Source of the DNA: Chloroflexota bacterium
Lineage (GTDB): Bacteria; Chloroflexota; Dehalococcoidia; UBA2979
Direction of reading: 5' to 3'
DNA length: 53,508 nt
NCBI GenBank assembly: GCA_027593235.1
Contig: JAQCIU010000021.1
Span: forward strand, 1-53,508
The notes under the pieces are model-generated. The model was not told the origin of the DNA and ran no database searches. It saw only the letters and a list, made by a program, of their open reading frames with translations. The first letter of the stretch is position 1. Each line of letters starts with the position of its first letter. A program made the translations under genes and the position numbers. Below are positions 1 to 10,180 of this stretch, piece by piece.

Positions 1-1
1 G

Positions 2-1114
2 CCCGAGCCCGCGCCGGCACCACCCGTAGCCGCCGAGGCAGCGGCGCCCACCTCGGAAGCCCCGAGCGAACCCGTTCCCGCCGAGGAGCCTGTAACGGCG
101 GCACCGGCACCGGTTGCGGCGGCCGCACCCGAGCCACCGCCGCCCAGCCTCGCGGAGGGCGCGACGCCGATCTTCGCTTCGCCCGCGATCCGCAAGTTCG
201 CCCGCGAGATCGGCATCGACCTCGCCCAGGTCACCGGCAGCGGTCCGGGCGGTCGCATCTCCGAGGATGACGTGAAGACGCAGGCACGGCGCCTGCTCAC
301 GGGGAGCGGAGCACTCGCCGCCACGCCAACGACCGCGGAGGCCGCGCCGACCACCGGGGCGTTCCCGGTGCTGTACGACCCGCGCCCACTACCCGACTTC
401 GATCAGTTCGGGCCGAACCGCCGCGAGAAGCTCAGCCGGCTGCGCCGCACGGTTGCGCGCAACATGACGCAGGCCTGGCTGGAGATGCCGCACGTCACCT
501 TGCAGCGCTCAGCCGACATCACCGACCTGGAAGAGATACGCCAGCGCTACAAGGATCAGGCGCGCGCCGCCGGCGGCAGCCTCACGATCTCCGTCTTCGT
601 GCTGAAGATCATCGCGGCCGCGCTCAAAGCGCACCCGCTGCTTGCCACGTCGTTCGACGCCGCAGCCGGCGAGCTGATCTACAAGGACTACGTGCACATC
701 GGAGTCGCCGTCGACACGGAGCGCGGCCTCGTCGTTCCGGTCATTCGCGATGTCGATGAGAAGAACATCATCCAGCTCTCGATCGAGCTGAACGAGGTCG
801 CGGAGCGCGCGCGTACGAACACGCTGACGCTCGACGACAGCCGAGGCGGCACGTTCACGTTGACCAACCTCGGCAGCCTCAGCACCGGCTTCTTCTCGCC
901 CGTGATCAACCCGCCCGAGGTCGCTGTGCTCGGCGTCGGCCGCGCGCAGTGGACGCCGATCCTCGACGAGAACAAGGAGTGGCAGCCGCGGCTGATGATG
1001 CCGCTGTCGCTGAGCCACGACCACCGCGTGATCGACGGCGCCGACGGCGCACGCTTCATGCAGTGGATCAACGACGCGATCGACAACCCGATGCTCCTGG
1101 CGCTCGAGGGATAG
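2..1114 (+). CDS. Dihydrolipoamide acyltransferase (E2) of a 2-oxoacid dehydrogenase, 5' end outside the window
   Basis: Frame is open from base 2: Pro/Ala linker, E3-binding domain (ASPAIRKFAREIGIDLAQVTGSGPGGRI), catalytic DHRVIDG motif; directly followed by lpdA. Confidence 0.95.
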   Translation, partial: PEPAPAPPVAAEAAAPTSEAPSEPVPAEEPVTAAPAPVAAAAPEPPPPSLAEGATPIFASPAIRKFAREIGIDLAQVTGSGPGGRISEDDVKTQARRLLTGSGALAATPTTAEAAPTTGAFPVLYDPRPLPDFDQFGPNRREKLSRLRRTVARNMTQAWLEMPHVTLQRSADITDLEEIRQRYKDQARAAGGSLTISVFVLKIIAAALKAHPLLATSFDAAAGELIYKDYVHIGVAVDTERGLVVPVIRDVDEKNIIQLSIELNEVAERARTNTLTLDDSRGGTFTLTNLGSLSTGFFSPVINPPEVAVLGVGRAQWTPILDENKEWQPRLMMPLSLSHDHRVIDGADGARFMQWINDAIDNPMLLALEG

Positions 1115-1118
1115 ACGA

Positions 1119-2540
1119 GTGACCACCGAACCAGCCAAGACCCGCTTGCTCGTCCTCGGCGCCGGACCCGGCGGCTATCCCGCCGCGTTCCTCGGCGCTG
1201 AACTGGGGATGGACGTGACCCTCGTCGATTCCGCCGAGAACCCGGGCGGCGTCTGTCTCTACCGCGGCTGCATCCCCTCGAAGGCGCTACTGAACGTGGC
1301 GCACATCCTCGAAACGGCCGAGTCGGCGCAGCACTTCGGGATCACCTTCCAGGAGCCCGAGGTCGATCTCGACCGGCTGCGCGACTGGAAGGACGAGGTG
1401 GTCAAGAAGATGACCGGTGGCCTCGGTCAGCTCAGCCGCGCGCGCAAGGTGACCTACGTGCAGGGCCGCGGCCGCTTCGTCGACGCGCACACGCTCCGTG
1501 TCGCGAACGACTCCGAGCTGACTGACGTCGCCTTCGACTACGCGATCATCGCCACCGGCTCGGTCCCGGCGATGCCGGGCCCGCTCCGCCTCGAGTCCGA
1601 ACGCGTCTGGGACTCCACGGCCGCGCTCGATATTCCCGAGGTGCCCGCTCGCCTGCTCGTCGTTGGCGGTGGCTACATAGGTCTCGAGCTTGGCAGCGTC
1701 TATGCGGCCCTCGGATCAGCGGTCACCGTGGTCGAGATGACCGGCACGCTGCTCCTCGGTGCGGATCGCGACCTGGTCGCGATCCTCGAGAAGCGGATCC
1801 GCGAGCAGATGCACGAGGTGCTGCTGCACACGACGGTCGTCGCGCTCGAGGAGCACGGCGACACGATCCAGGCAACGCTGTCCGGCGCGGAGATGGAGTC
1901 GGAGGTCCGCGAGTTCGATCGCGTCCTCGTCGCCGTCGGCCGCCGCCCGAACTCCAGCGACCTGGGCATCGAAGACCTCGGTGTGGTCGTGAACGAGCGC
2001 GGTTTCATCGAGACCGACGTGCAGCGCCGAACGGGCGAGGCGAACATCTTCGCGATCGGCGACGTCGCCGGTGAGCCGATGCTGGCGCACAAAGCCACGC
2101 ACGAGGCGCGTACCGCCGTCGAGGCGATCGCCGGACAGCCCTCGGCGTTCGCGCCAGCGGCGATCCCGGCCGTCGTCTTCACCGATCCGGAGATCGCGTG
2201 GACGGGCCTCACCGAGACGGAGGCAAAGACGCGCGGCATCGACATCGAGGTCAGCAAGTTCCCGTGGACGGCGTCCGGACGCGCCACCACGATCGGCCGC
2301 AACGACGGCGTAACCAAGCTCATCCTCGAACCGGGCACCGATCGCCTCCTCGGAGTCGGCATCGCCGGCAGCGGAGCGGGCGAACTGATCGCCGAGGCGA
2401 CGCTGGCAGTGGAGATGGGCGCGCGTGCGGACGACCTGCGGCTGACGATCCACGCCCACCCGACGCTCTCCGAGACGGTGATGGAGGCGGCGGAAGTCTT
2501 CTTCAACACCAGCCCGCACTACATGGGGCGGCGTCGTTAG
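1119..2540 (+). CDS. lpdA: Dihydrolipoyl dehydrogenase (E3)
   Basis: GAGPGG FAD motif, GGVCLYRGCIPSK redox disulfide, GGGYIGLE NAD motif, HAHPTLSE. Confidence 0.97.
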   Translation: MTTEPAKTRLLVLGAGPGGYPAAFLGAELGMDVTLVDSAENPGGVCLYRGCIPSKALLNVAHILETAESAQHFGITFQEPEVDLDRLRDWKDEVVKKMTGGLGQLSRARKVTYVQGRGRFVDAHTLRVANDSELTDVAFDYAIIATGSVPAMPGPLRLESERVWDSTAALDIPEVPARLLVVGGGYIGLELGSVYAALGSAVTVVEMTGTLLLGADRDLVAILEKRIREQMHEVLLHTTVVALEEHGDTIQATLSGAEMESEVREFDRVLVAVGRRPNSSDLGIEDLGVVVNERGFIETDVQRRTGEANIFAIGDVAGEPMLAHKATHEARTAVEAIAGQPSAFAPAAIPAVVFTDPEIAWTGLTETEAKTRGIDIEVSKFPWTASGRATTIGRNDGVTKLILEPGTDRLLGVGIAGSGAGELIAEATLAVEMGARADDLRLTIHAHPTLSETVMEAAEVFFNTSPHYMGRRR

Positions 2541-2612
2541 CCGTCGCCGTTAGCCGTCGCCGTTAGCCGCCGCCGCTAGTCACCGCCGTTAGCCACCGCC
2601 GCTAGTCACAGC
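2535..2612. repeat. Six tandem 13-bp units (consensus CGYTAGYCRYCGC) starting on the lpdA stop codon
   Basis: Units read directly at 2535, 2548, 2561, 2574, 2587 and 2600. Confidence 0.92.
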
Positions 2613-2637
2613 TGGCGGTGGCGACGTCAGGAACCAG

Positions 2638-3651
2638 CTAGCCGGCTGCGGCCTCGGGTGGTGCTTCCTGTTCCCGGTTCGCCGCGTGAGCGCCGGCCGA
2701 CTCGTACGAGAGGTAGCGCATGCGCCGCGCCTCGAGCCGTCCTCGAGCGACCGAGTCCAGGATCAGCCCCGCGAAGAAACTCAGTGACGCCAGCAGGACG
2801 ATCGCACTCGCGAGGATCGCGGTCGGGAACCGCGGCACCAGCCCGGTCCGCGCGTAGTCGACGAAGACCGGGATCGCCAGGCCGATCGCGGTGAGCATGA
2901 GCACCAGCGCAATCGCGCTGAAGAACCGTAACGGCTGCTCTTCCTTCACCATCAAGCCGATCGTGCGCAGGATCACCGCCCCATCGCGGTATGTCCGCAA
3001 CTTCGAGTCCGACCCTTCCGAACGGGACTTGTAGGGCGCGGCAACTTCCGCGACCGGCATGCGCAGACTCAGCGCGTGGATCGTCAGTTCGGTCTCGGTC
3101 TCGAATCCGCCACTCAGCGCCGGGAAGCTCTTCACGAAGCGTCGCGAGAACACGCGGTAGCCGGAGAGCATGTCGTCGAACACGTCGCCGAACAGGCTGG
3201 ACGTGATGCCATTCAGTACGCGGTTCCCGAGGCGGTGGCCGATCCGGTAGGCCTCGACCTCCTCGGAAATTCGCGCCACGTTCACCATGTCCAACCGCTC
3301 GGAGACTAGGCGGTCGATCGCCCTCGGTGCGACGCGGGCGTCGTAGGTGTCGTCACCATCGACGATCACGTAGACCTCCGCCTCGACGGCGCCGAAGAGG
3401 CGTCGCACGGCGTTGCCCTTACCCGCGCGCGGCTCATCGAGGACGACCGCGCCCGCGGCGCGCGCCCGATCGGCGGTCGCGTCCGTCGAGGCGTTGTCGC
3501 AGACGAAGACCGTCGCGTCCGGGAGCGCCGCGCGGAAGTCGGAGACCACACGGCCGATCGTCGCTTCCTCGTTGTAGCAGGGCACCAGGACGGCCACGGC
3601 GACGCGTTCGGGCACCCGGCGGTCCGGTAGCAGACGGAGCGGCGTGTTCAT
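2638..3651 (-). CDS. GT2 glycosyltransferase (DPM-synthase/GtrB-like) with two C-terminal TM helices
   Basis: VLVPCYNEE, DNASTD, GKG, VDGDDTY (DxD) motifs, hydrophobic C-terminus. Confidence 0.93.
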   Translation of the reverse strand: MNTPLRLLPDRRVPERVAVAVLVPCYNEEATIGRVVSDFRAALPDATVFVCDNASTDATADRARAAGAVVLDEPRAGKGNAVRRLFGAVEAEVYVIVDGDDTYDARVAPRAIDRLVSERLDMVNVARISEEVEAYRIGHRLGNRVLNGITSSLFGDVFDDMLSGYRVFSRRFVKSFPALSGGFETETELTIHALSLRMPVAEVAAPYKSRSEGSDSKLRTYRDGAVILRTIGLMVKEEQPLRFFSAIALVLMLTAIGLAIPVFVDYARTGLVPRFPTAILASAIVLLASLSFFAGLILDSVARGRLEARRMRYLSYESAGAHAANREQEAPPEAAAG

Positions 3652-5459
3652 CAGCGGGACTCGATTCCGTACACCGCGTATCGCGCGATGCCATCTTCGC
3701 CAGCGATCAGGTGCAGCCAGGACGGCGGCGTTGCTGTCACCAGTCGATCGTAGAGGCTCGGCGAGCCATCGCCCGACGCGTACAACGCCTCCTCGGCACC
3801 GATCTGGCAGTACAGGACGAAGCGGCCACCACGCTCGGCCGCGACCTCACGGCTCACCTCTGGATCGGTCGACGAGAAGAACTCGTGCAAATCCAGGATG
3901 CCGCGGTCGTTGCGGTGATACGGCCCGGCGACCACCGAGGCATCCGTGCGGTAGAGAATCTCCGGACCCAGATCGAGGTGCGCGAACACCACGTCGCCAG
4001 ACTCGACGATCGCATCCAACGCGTCATACGCCGCGCGCGAACAACCGAGGGCCGACGACGCTTCGGTATCAGCGCTTCCAGCCGCGGAGACCACCCCGCC
4101 GCCGAACGTGAATCCGACCGACAGGCCAAGCGTCGCGCCCACCCACGCCGCGCGCCGCCACACCGAAGCTGGCATCGTCCGCAGCCAGTCGCGAAGCAGC
4201 CCGAGCGCCTCGGCACTGACGACCGCGATCAGGACACCCGCGAACGAGGCGAATCGCAGATAGACGAGCGAGAGCGCGAGGTAAGCGGTCAGCAGCACCG
4301 CGATCGTCGCCCACGGCAACGCATCCTCGTGACGCTTGCGCCACGCGACGGCGGCGGCAACGGGGAGGCATACGAACGCCGGCCCAACGAGCAGCAACAT
4401 CCGGCCCAGCGTCTCGACGTCCGAGGGCCAGAGCGGCTTCAGCTCTCGTACGTGATCGAGCCAGATCGGCCCGAGCGCCGGGTTCACTCCGGCGGCCGGC
4501 CCACCGAGCAACCCGCCGAATCCGCCGAGGAGCGGCGCACCGGCCACAATTCCCGCGAACGCAGCGACTGCGGCGCGTCCGCGCCACGTCAGCGCATGCG
4601 ATCGGCCCACCTCGAGGATCGCCGCGACTAGCAGGACTGCCGCGCCCGCCGCCAGGTGCGGGACCGACACCTTGTCGTACTCGACAGCCAGCCAGTCTGA
4701 AGGCACGCGCTCCGTCACGATTGCCAGCGCGATCAGTGCGGTCATGCCGGCGCCAAACGCGGCGAGTGTCCTCGCGCGTGTGTCCGGCTGCTGGATCCAG
4801 GCGGCGACGAGCGCCGCCGCCGCCAGCCCCGCGAGGATGGTCATCTCCGCGCTCACCCAAATCCCGAGGCCAGCGACCACACCCGCTGCGACGGCAGTGC
4901 CGATTCGCCTCGGATCGGCGAGCGCGCGTACGAGGAGACCGATCTCCACGACCAGCAGCAGGAGTTGTAGTGAATGGTGATCGGCCTGCCGGGCCACCGT
5001 GTGTGCCAGCACTGCTGGCTGGACCACCAGCACGATCGCCGCCATCGGCGCTCGTCCACGACCGACGAGCGGCGTCACCGCCCAGACCAGCGCAAACAGC
5101 ATCGCCAGGTGAAGGAGCGGCGAGATCACCGCCCCCGAGACGAAGAGCGCGTCATCGAAGCCAATCGCGAGGCCCAGCGGCGCGGCGATGGCGAGGATCA
5201 GCACGTCGAACGGACGCGTCCAGTGCAGTTCATCCCCGAACGGCGCATTGCTCCGTTCGATGGTGCTGTCGAACCAACCGCCACCAGAGGCGAGTTCGTC
5301 GACGCGCACTACCCGCATGTAGCTATCGGTACCGAGCAACCCGCCGTCGAAGACAGAATCCTCGAGGATTCCGGCCGCCATGAAGTGAACCGCCAGCCAC
5401 GCCCCGATCAGGAGCGCCACGGGCCAGCCAGCACGCGGTAAACGGAGGCGTGTTCGCAT
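3651..5459 (-). CDS. Multi-TM GT-C-fold glycosyltransferase, STT3/AglB-like
   Basis: About 12-13 hydrophobic segments, N-terminal loop GTDSYMR...PFGDELHWTRPFD, ADHH motif, soluble C-terminal domain; 1-bp overlap with the GT2 gene. Confidence 0.7.
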   Translation of the reverse strand: MRTRLRLPRAGWPVALLIGAWLAVHFMAAGILEDSVFDGGLLGTDSYMRVVRVDELASGGGWFDSTIERSNAPFGDELHWTRPFDVLILAIAAPLGLAIGFDDALFVSGAVISPLLHLAMLFALVWAVTPLVGRGRAPMAAIVLVVQPAVLAHTVARQADHHSLQLLLLVVEIGLLVRALADPRRIGTAVAAGVVAGLGIWVSAEMTILAGLAAAALVAAWIQQPDTRARTLAAFGAGMTALIALAIVTERVPSDWLAVEYDKVSVPHLAAGAAVLLVAAILEVGRSHALTWRGRAAVAAFAGIVAGAPLLGGFGGLLGGPAAGVNPALGPIWLDHVRELKPLWPSDVETLGRMLLLVGPAFVCLPVAAAVAWRKRHEDALPWATIAVLLTAYLALSLVYLRFASFAGVLIAVVSAEALGLLRDWLRTMPASVWRRAAWVGATLGLSVGFTFGGGVVSAAGSADTEASSALGCSRAAYDALDAIVESGDVVFAHLDLGPEILYRTDASVVAGPYHRNDRGILDLHEFFSSTDPEVSREVAAERGGRFVLYCQIGAEEALYASGDGSPSLYDRLVTATPPSWLHLIAGEDGIARYAVYGIESR

Positions 5460-5680
5460 GACCCTTGATCTTCGGATCGAGGGAGATCCGCACGTAACGG
5501 CCGCCGTTGGGGTGCACCCTCAGTCGCCGCGCCCGATCCGACGCCATTTCGCGGCCCTCGGACGAGGCGGACTACCGCGAATCGAGGGGAATTATCGCCG
5601 TCACGCCTCGTCCGCGGAGCTTGCGGTACCGCGAGCCGCGGCGGCAGCTCGCGGCTGATGCGTGACGGCGATTCGACCGG

Positions 5681-6487
5681 CTAGGCGCGCTCGAAGACGA
5701 GCTGGAACTCGAACGTCCCGTCCTCAGCGACCGAGAGCACCGCGATGGAGGTTGGCGCATCGATCTCGTAGTCCGCGAGCGTGATCACCGTGGATCCGAC
5801 CACGACGACGCGCCCACCGACCAACTGGCCCTCGAGTGGGATCGAGACGCTGCGCGTCACGCCATGGAGCGTCAGTTCGCCCACCGCCGTGACGGCGATC
5901 GGAACGCCCTCGGCGGGCTCGCTTTCGAGCACGATCGCTTCGGTCAGCGAGAAGGTCGCCGTCGGAAACTGATTCGTCTCGAGTGCCTGTCGTTCGAGTT
6001 GCCCGTCGCGACGATCGTCATCGCTCCGCAGCGTCTTCAGATTCGCCTCGATCTCAACCGAGGTGATCGCGGCACCGTCGTACACCAGCGTCGCGCTCAC
6101 GTCCGAGGTGCGTCCGACCGCGGTCGCCGCTCCCACCCGGGCGAGTTCCTCGGCAATCCGGTAGCCGACAAATGACTCGGTGCCGTCCGCCAGGGTCCAG
6201 GTGCCGACCAGGTCTGCTCCGGAGAGCGCCGTCGCCGTCGGATCCGCCGTCGTACCAGTCGCCGTGGCCGTCGAGGCCGCCTCGGCAGTTCCGCTGGCCT
6301 CGGCTGTCGCTGTCGAGGGCAAGCCTGACACCGCGGTTGCCTCGGAGGCCGAAGCGACCGCGTCGGCCAGGTTCACCGCCGCTGGCGCGTCGTCGCGAAT
6401 CAGGAAGTACCAACCGCCAAACGCCGCGACCACGAGTACGGCCGCAGCCGCCCCGATCGCCATCATCCGTGTCCTCGTCACCAACAA
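5681..6487 (-). CDS. YceI-family lipid/isoprenoid-binding protein with N-terminal membrane anchor
   Basis: TM anchor, Ala/Thr linker, LRSDDDRRD, FPTATF and GELTLHGVTRSV YceI motifs. Confidence 0.9.
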   Translation of the reverse strand: MLVTRTRMMAIGAAAAVLVVAAFGGWYFLIRDDAPAAVNLADAVASASEATAVSGLPSTATAEASGTAEAASTATATGTTADPTATALSGADLVGTWTLADGTESFVGYRIAEELARVGAATAVGRTSDVSATLVYDGAAITSVEIEANLKTLRSDDDRRDGQLERQALETNQFPTATFSLTEAIVLESEPAEGVPIAVTAVGELTLHGVTRSVSIPLEGQLVGGRVVVVGSTVITLADYEIDAPTSIAVLSVAEDGTFEFQLVFERA

Positions 6488-6581
6488 ACCTCCGTTATTG
6501 CGTCGCGGGTGAGGCGCGCACTCAGGGTAGCGGGAGACGCGTCAATGGCGGGTAAGATTTCGCGACGCCAACGGACGGGAA

Positions 6582-8066
6582 TCAACGCCCGAGCACGCTG
6601 GCGACGGCCCGGTCCCAGCCGTCCAGCAGCGCTGCCCGCCGCTCCGCGCCCATCCGCGGCTCGAACCGTCGATCGAGGACCCAGCGGTCACCCAGTTCGG
6701 CGACCGAACCGAGGATGCCGGCGCCCAGGCCCGCCAGGTACGCGGCCCCGAGCGCAGTCGTCTCGATGTTGGTCGGCCGCTCGACCGGCGTATCAAGGAC
6801 GTCAGCCAGGAACTGCAGCAGCCAGTCGTTCGCGACCATCCCGCCGTCGACACGCAGCGTCCCAAGCGATGCCCCCGCGTCGGCGGCCATCGCGGCTGTG
6901 AGATCGTGCGTCTGGTAGCTCACCGCCTCCAACGCCGCCCGCGCCAGGTGCGCAACCCCCGAGGCCCGGGTCAGCCCGACCAGCGCCCCGCGCGCCTCGG
7001 GCGCCCAGTGCGGCGCGCCGAGCCCAACGAACGCCGGCACCAGGTACAAGCCGTCGTTGCCACCTCGATCGTCCAGGCTCGCTGCCAGCGCCTCGGTCTC
7101 ACGCGCGTCCGCGATCACGTGCAGCTTGTCGCGGAGCCACTGCACCGCCGCGCCGGCAACGAAGATCGAACCTTCGAGGGCGTAGGTCGGCACGCCGTTG
7201 AGGCGGTAGGCAAGGGTCGTCAGCAGCCCGTTCTCGGAACGCACCGCCGTGTCGCCCGTGTTGAAGATCGCGAAGCAGCCGGTCCCGTAGGTGCTCTTCA
7301 CCATCCCCGGTGCAACGCACGCCTGCCCGATCGTCGCCGCGTGCTGATCGCCGGCCACCCCTCGGATCGGGATCGCGCGGCCAAGCACCGCCGGATCCGT
7401 CTCGCCGAAGTCGTCCGCGCAGTCCAGCACCTCGGGCAGGAGCGCGCGCGGGACCCCGAGCAGCGCGAGTAGTTCGTCGTCCCACTGCTGTGTGTGGATG
7501 TTGAAGAGCAGCGTCCGGCACGCGTTGGTCGCATCCGTCACGTGCCGGCGGCCCCCGGTCAGCCGCCAGATCAGGAACGTATCGACTGTGCCGAACGCCA
7601 GTTCTCCGCGTTCCGCGCGTGCCCGCGCTCCCGCGACGTGGTCCAGCAGCCAGCCGATCTTCGTGCCCGAAAAGTACGGATCGAGGAGCAAGCCCGTGCG
7701 CTCGCGTACCAGCCCTTCCGCGCCCTGTTGTTTCAGCTCGGCGCAACGCTCCGTCGTGCGACGGTCCTGCCAGACAATCGCTGGATGAATCGGCTCACCG
7801 CTGGCGCGGTCCCAGATCAGCGTCGTTTCTCGCTGGTTGGTGATCCCGATCGCCGCCACCGGTCGATCGCCCAGCGCCTCCCGCGTGACTGCCAGCGTCG
7901 TGCGCCATATCTCCTCCGGGTCATGCTCGACCCAGCCGGGGTGCGGATAGTGCTGTGTGAACTCGCGTTGTGCCGACGCTAGCGAAGCGCCGTCCGCGTC
8001 GAAGAGGATCGCGCGACTGCTGGTCGTGCCCTGGTCGATCGCCAGCAGCGATGGTCCCTCGGTCAT
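6582..8066 (-). CDS. glpK: Glycerol kinase
   Basis: [44 protein letters not shown]; start taken at MTEGPS. Confidence 0.96.
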   Translation of the reverse strand: MTEGPSLLAIDQGTTSSRAILFDADGASLASAQREFTQHYPHPGWVEHDPEEIWRTTLAVTREALGDRPVAAIGITNQRETTLIWDRASGEPIHPAIVWQDRRTTERCAELKQQGAEGLVRERTGLLLDPYFSGTKIGWLLDHVAGARARAERGELAFGTVDTFLIWRLTGGRRHVTDATNACRTLLFNIHTQQWDDELLALLGVPRALLPEVLDCADDFGETDPAVLGRAIPIRGVAGDQHAATIGQACVAPGMVKSTYGTGCFAIFNTGDTAVRSENGLLTTLAYRLNGVPTYALEGSIFVAGAAVQWLRDKLHVIADARETEALAASLDDRGGNDGLYLVPAFVGLGAPHWAPEARGALVGLTRASGVAHLARAALEAVSYQTHDLTAAMAADAGASLGTLRVDGGMVANDWLLQFLADVLDTPVERPTNIETTALGAAYLAGLGAGILGSVAELGDRWVLDRRFEPRMGAERRAALLDGWDRAVASVLGR

Positions 8067-8175
8067 GTGCGCGCTCCCGCTCCGCTCCCCGCTCGAATCC
8101 GCTGGATCCTCGCACAAGACGCGCCGGCACGGCGCTGCTGCCCACGCCAGCGCACAGTGTTAGCGTCGATCGGCG

Positions 8176-9744
8176 ATGGAATCGGAACCGTCACCCACAC
8201 CCGTGCCGCAAGGCCGCACCACGCCATCGGACCACGATTACGACGTGGTGGTCGTGGGTGGTGGCATCAACGGCGCCGGGATCGCCCGTGACGCGGCCGG
8301 CCGAGGCCTGCGTGTCCTGCTCTGTGAGCGCGACGATCTGGCCAGCCACACCTCATCCGCCAGCTCCAAGCTGATCCACGGTGGCCTCCGCTACCTGGAG
8401 CACTACGAATTCCGCCTCGTCGCGAAGGCGCTCGCCGAGCGCGAACTACTGGTCCGGAGCGCCCCGCAGCTCGTGCGTCCGCTTCGCTTCGTGATGCCGC
8501 ACGTGCCGGGCTTGCGGCCGCGCTGGATGATGCGCATCGGCCTCTTCCTGTACGACCACCTCGACATCCGACGGCACAAGCTCCTCCCGGGATCGAAGGC
8601 GGTGCGCCTGGATCAGCACGAGGCCGGCGCGGCGCTCCGCCCCGACCTCCGCGAGGGCTACGAGTACTCCGACGCCTGGGTCGACGACGCCCGCCTCGTG
8701 GTGCTGACCGCCCTCGACGCCGCCGAACGCGGCGCGACGATCCTGACGCGGACCGCCTGCGTCCGCGCGACCCGCGACGGCGATCGCTGGAACGTGCAAC
8801 TGCGGGACGCCGAGGGTGAGCGCAGCGTCACCGCGCGCGCCCTCGTCAACGCCTGCGGGCCATGGGCCAGCAGCTTCCTCCACGACGCTGTTCCGGGTGT
8901 CCCCGCGCAACCGCTGCGGCTCGTCAAAGGCAGCCACATCGTGGTGCCGCGGCTCTTCGATCACGGCTTCGCCTACACGCTGCAGAACCCCGATCGCCGC
9001 GTCGTCTTCGCGCTCCCGTTCGAACAGGACTTCACACTGATCGGCACGACCGAGGTCGAGTTCGCCGACGATCCGGCCGCCGCGACCGCGAGCGACGCGG
9101 AGATCGACTACCTGATCGCCACCGCCAACCGCTTCTTCCGACGGCAGATCGCGGCGACCGATGTCGTCCACAGCTTCGCCGGCGTGCGACCGTTGATCGG
9201 CGAGGAGACGCTCAACGCCTCGGCCGTTTCGCGCGACTACCAGTTCGAAATGGACGGCAACGGCGCTCCGCTGCTCTCGATTCTCGGCGGCAAACTCACG
9301 ACCTACCGCAAGCTGGCCGACGAGGCGATGCGCAAGCTCGCGCCGCTCCTCGGCTGTCCTGCCGGCAGCTGGACCGCTGACGCGCAGCTTCCCGGCGGGG
9401 ACCTCGATCCGCGACGAGTCGGTCAACTTGCCGAGGGGCTGAGCGCTCGTTACGGCTGGCTCGACGACAGCATCCGGCGACGCCTCGCGATCGCATACGG
9501 CACGCGAGCTTTCGAGGTCCTCGGCGACGCCACAACGACCTCGGACCTCGGGACGCACTTCGGCGCCGGACTGTACGAACGCGAAGTCGCTTACCTCGTC
9601 GCCCACGAATGGGCGCGGGATGCGGACGATGTGCTGTGGCGTCGATCGCGGCTCGGCCTGCGGCTCACCGCCGACGAGCGAACGATCCTCGAGGGCTGGC
9701 TCCGCGCCCGACTGGCGTCGCCCGCGACCACCCTCGACAACTAG
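8176..9744 (+). CDS. glpD: FAD-dependent glycerol-3-phosphate dehydrogenase
   Basis: GGGINGAGIARDAAGRGL, TSSASSKLIHGGLRYLE, GVRPL, GGKLTTYR. Confidence 0.96.
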   Translation: MESEPSPTPVPQGRTTPSDHDYDVVVVGGGINGAGIARDAAGRGLRVLLCERDDLASHTSSASSKLIHGGLRYLEHYEFRLVAKALAERELLVRSAPQLVRPLRFVMPHVPGLRPRWMMRIGLFLYDHLDIRRHKLLPGSKAVRLDQHEAGAALRPDLREGYEYSDAWVDDARLVVLTALDAAERGATILTRTACVRATRDGDRWNVQLRDAEGERSVTARALVNACGPWASSFLHDAVPGVPAQPLRLVKGSHIVVPRLFDHGFAYTLQNPDRRVVFALPFEQDFTLIGTTEVEFADDPAAATASDAEIDYLIATANRFFRRQIAATDVVHSFAGVRPLIGEETLNASAVSRDYQFEMDGNGAPLLSILGGKLTTYRKLADEAMRKLAPLLGCPAGSWTADAQLPGGDLDPRRVGQLAEGLSARYGWLDDSIRRRLAIAYGTRAFEVLGDATTTSDLGTHFGAGLYEREVAYLVAHEWARDADDVLWRRSRLGLRLTADERTILEGWLRARLASPATTLDN

Positions 9745-9753
9745 CTACTGCGC

Positions 9754-9784
9754 GCGAACGACGCGCGGCGTCGTTCGCTTCCTT
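9754..9784 (+). terminator. Putative intrinsic terminator after glpD
   Basis: Perfect 11-bp stem GCGAACGACGC/GCGTCGTTCGC followed by TTCCTT; a second hairpin at about 9796-9816. Confidence 0.55.
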
Positions 9785-9829
9785 GGTGATGCTGAGCGCG
9801 ACGCCACGCGTCGCGCGGGTGCTGGTGCG

Positions 9830-10180
9830 TCAGGCCACCGCGCGTTCGGCGGCGACCCGCGCCGCATGGACGCGGCCGGTTACGCCCAACTTCCCGTACA
9901 CCGCAGTGATCGACCGCGACGCCCCACGTCGCGCGAGCCCTAGATCGGTCTCGATTTCGCGATGGGACATCCCACGCGCCAACCGTCCGAGCACGCGTAC
10001 CTCGGCGACCGTGAACGCCTCGGGACCGGCGAGCGCCGCGCGCTCCACGACGCGCCGCGCGGCGGCCGTGAACGGCGCGGGGTCGATCCCAACCGCCAGC
10101 AGTTGCCCGGCTGCGAGCTCGCTCAGCGTCGCGTCCTCGGTAATCGCGCCAAGCTGCGCGCGGCCCAGGGCCGCCTCGAG
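9830..10180 (-). pseudogene. C-terminal fragment of a LuxR-type HTH regulator
   Basis: FTVAEVRVLGRLARGMSHREIETDLGLA...ITAVYGKLGVTGR fits a LuxR HTH; no convincing independent start. Confidence 0.65.

Noticed and set aside
6488-6580. Long-range stem covering the yceI ribosome-binding site
   Set aside because: Pairing is interrupted and GC-rich, and a promoter may lie between the arms; too weak to call
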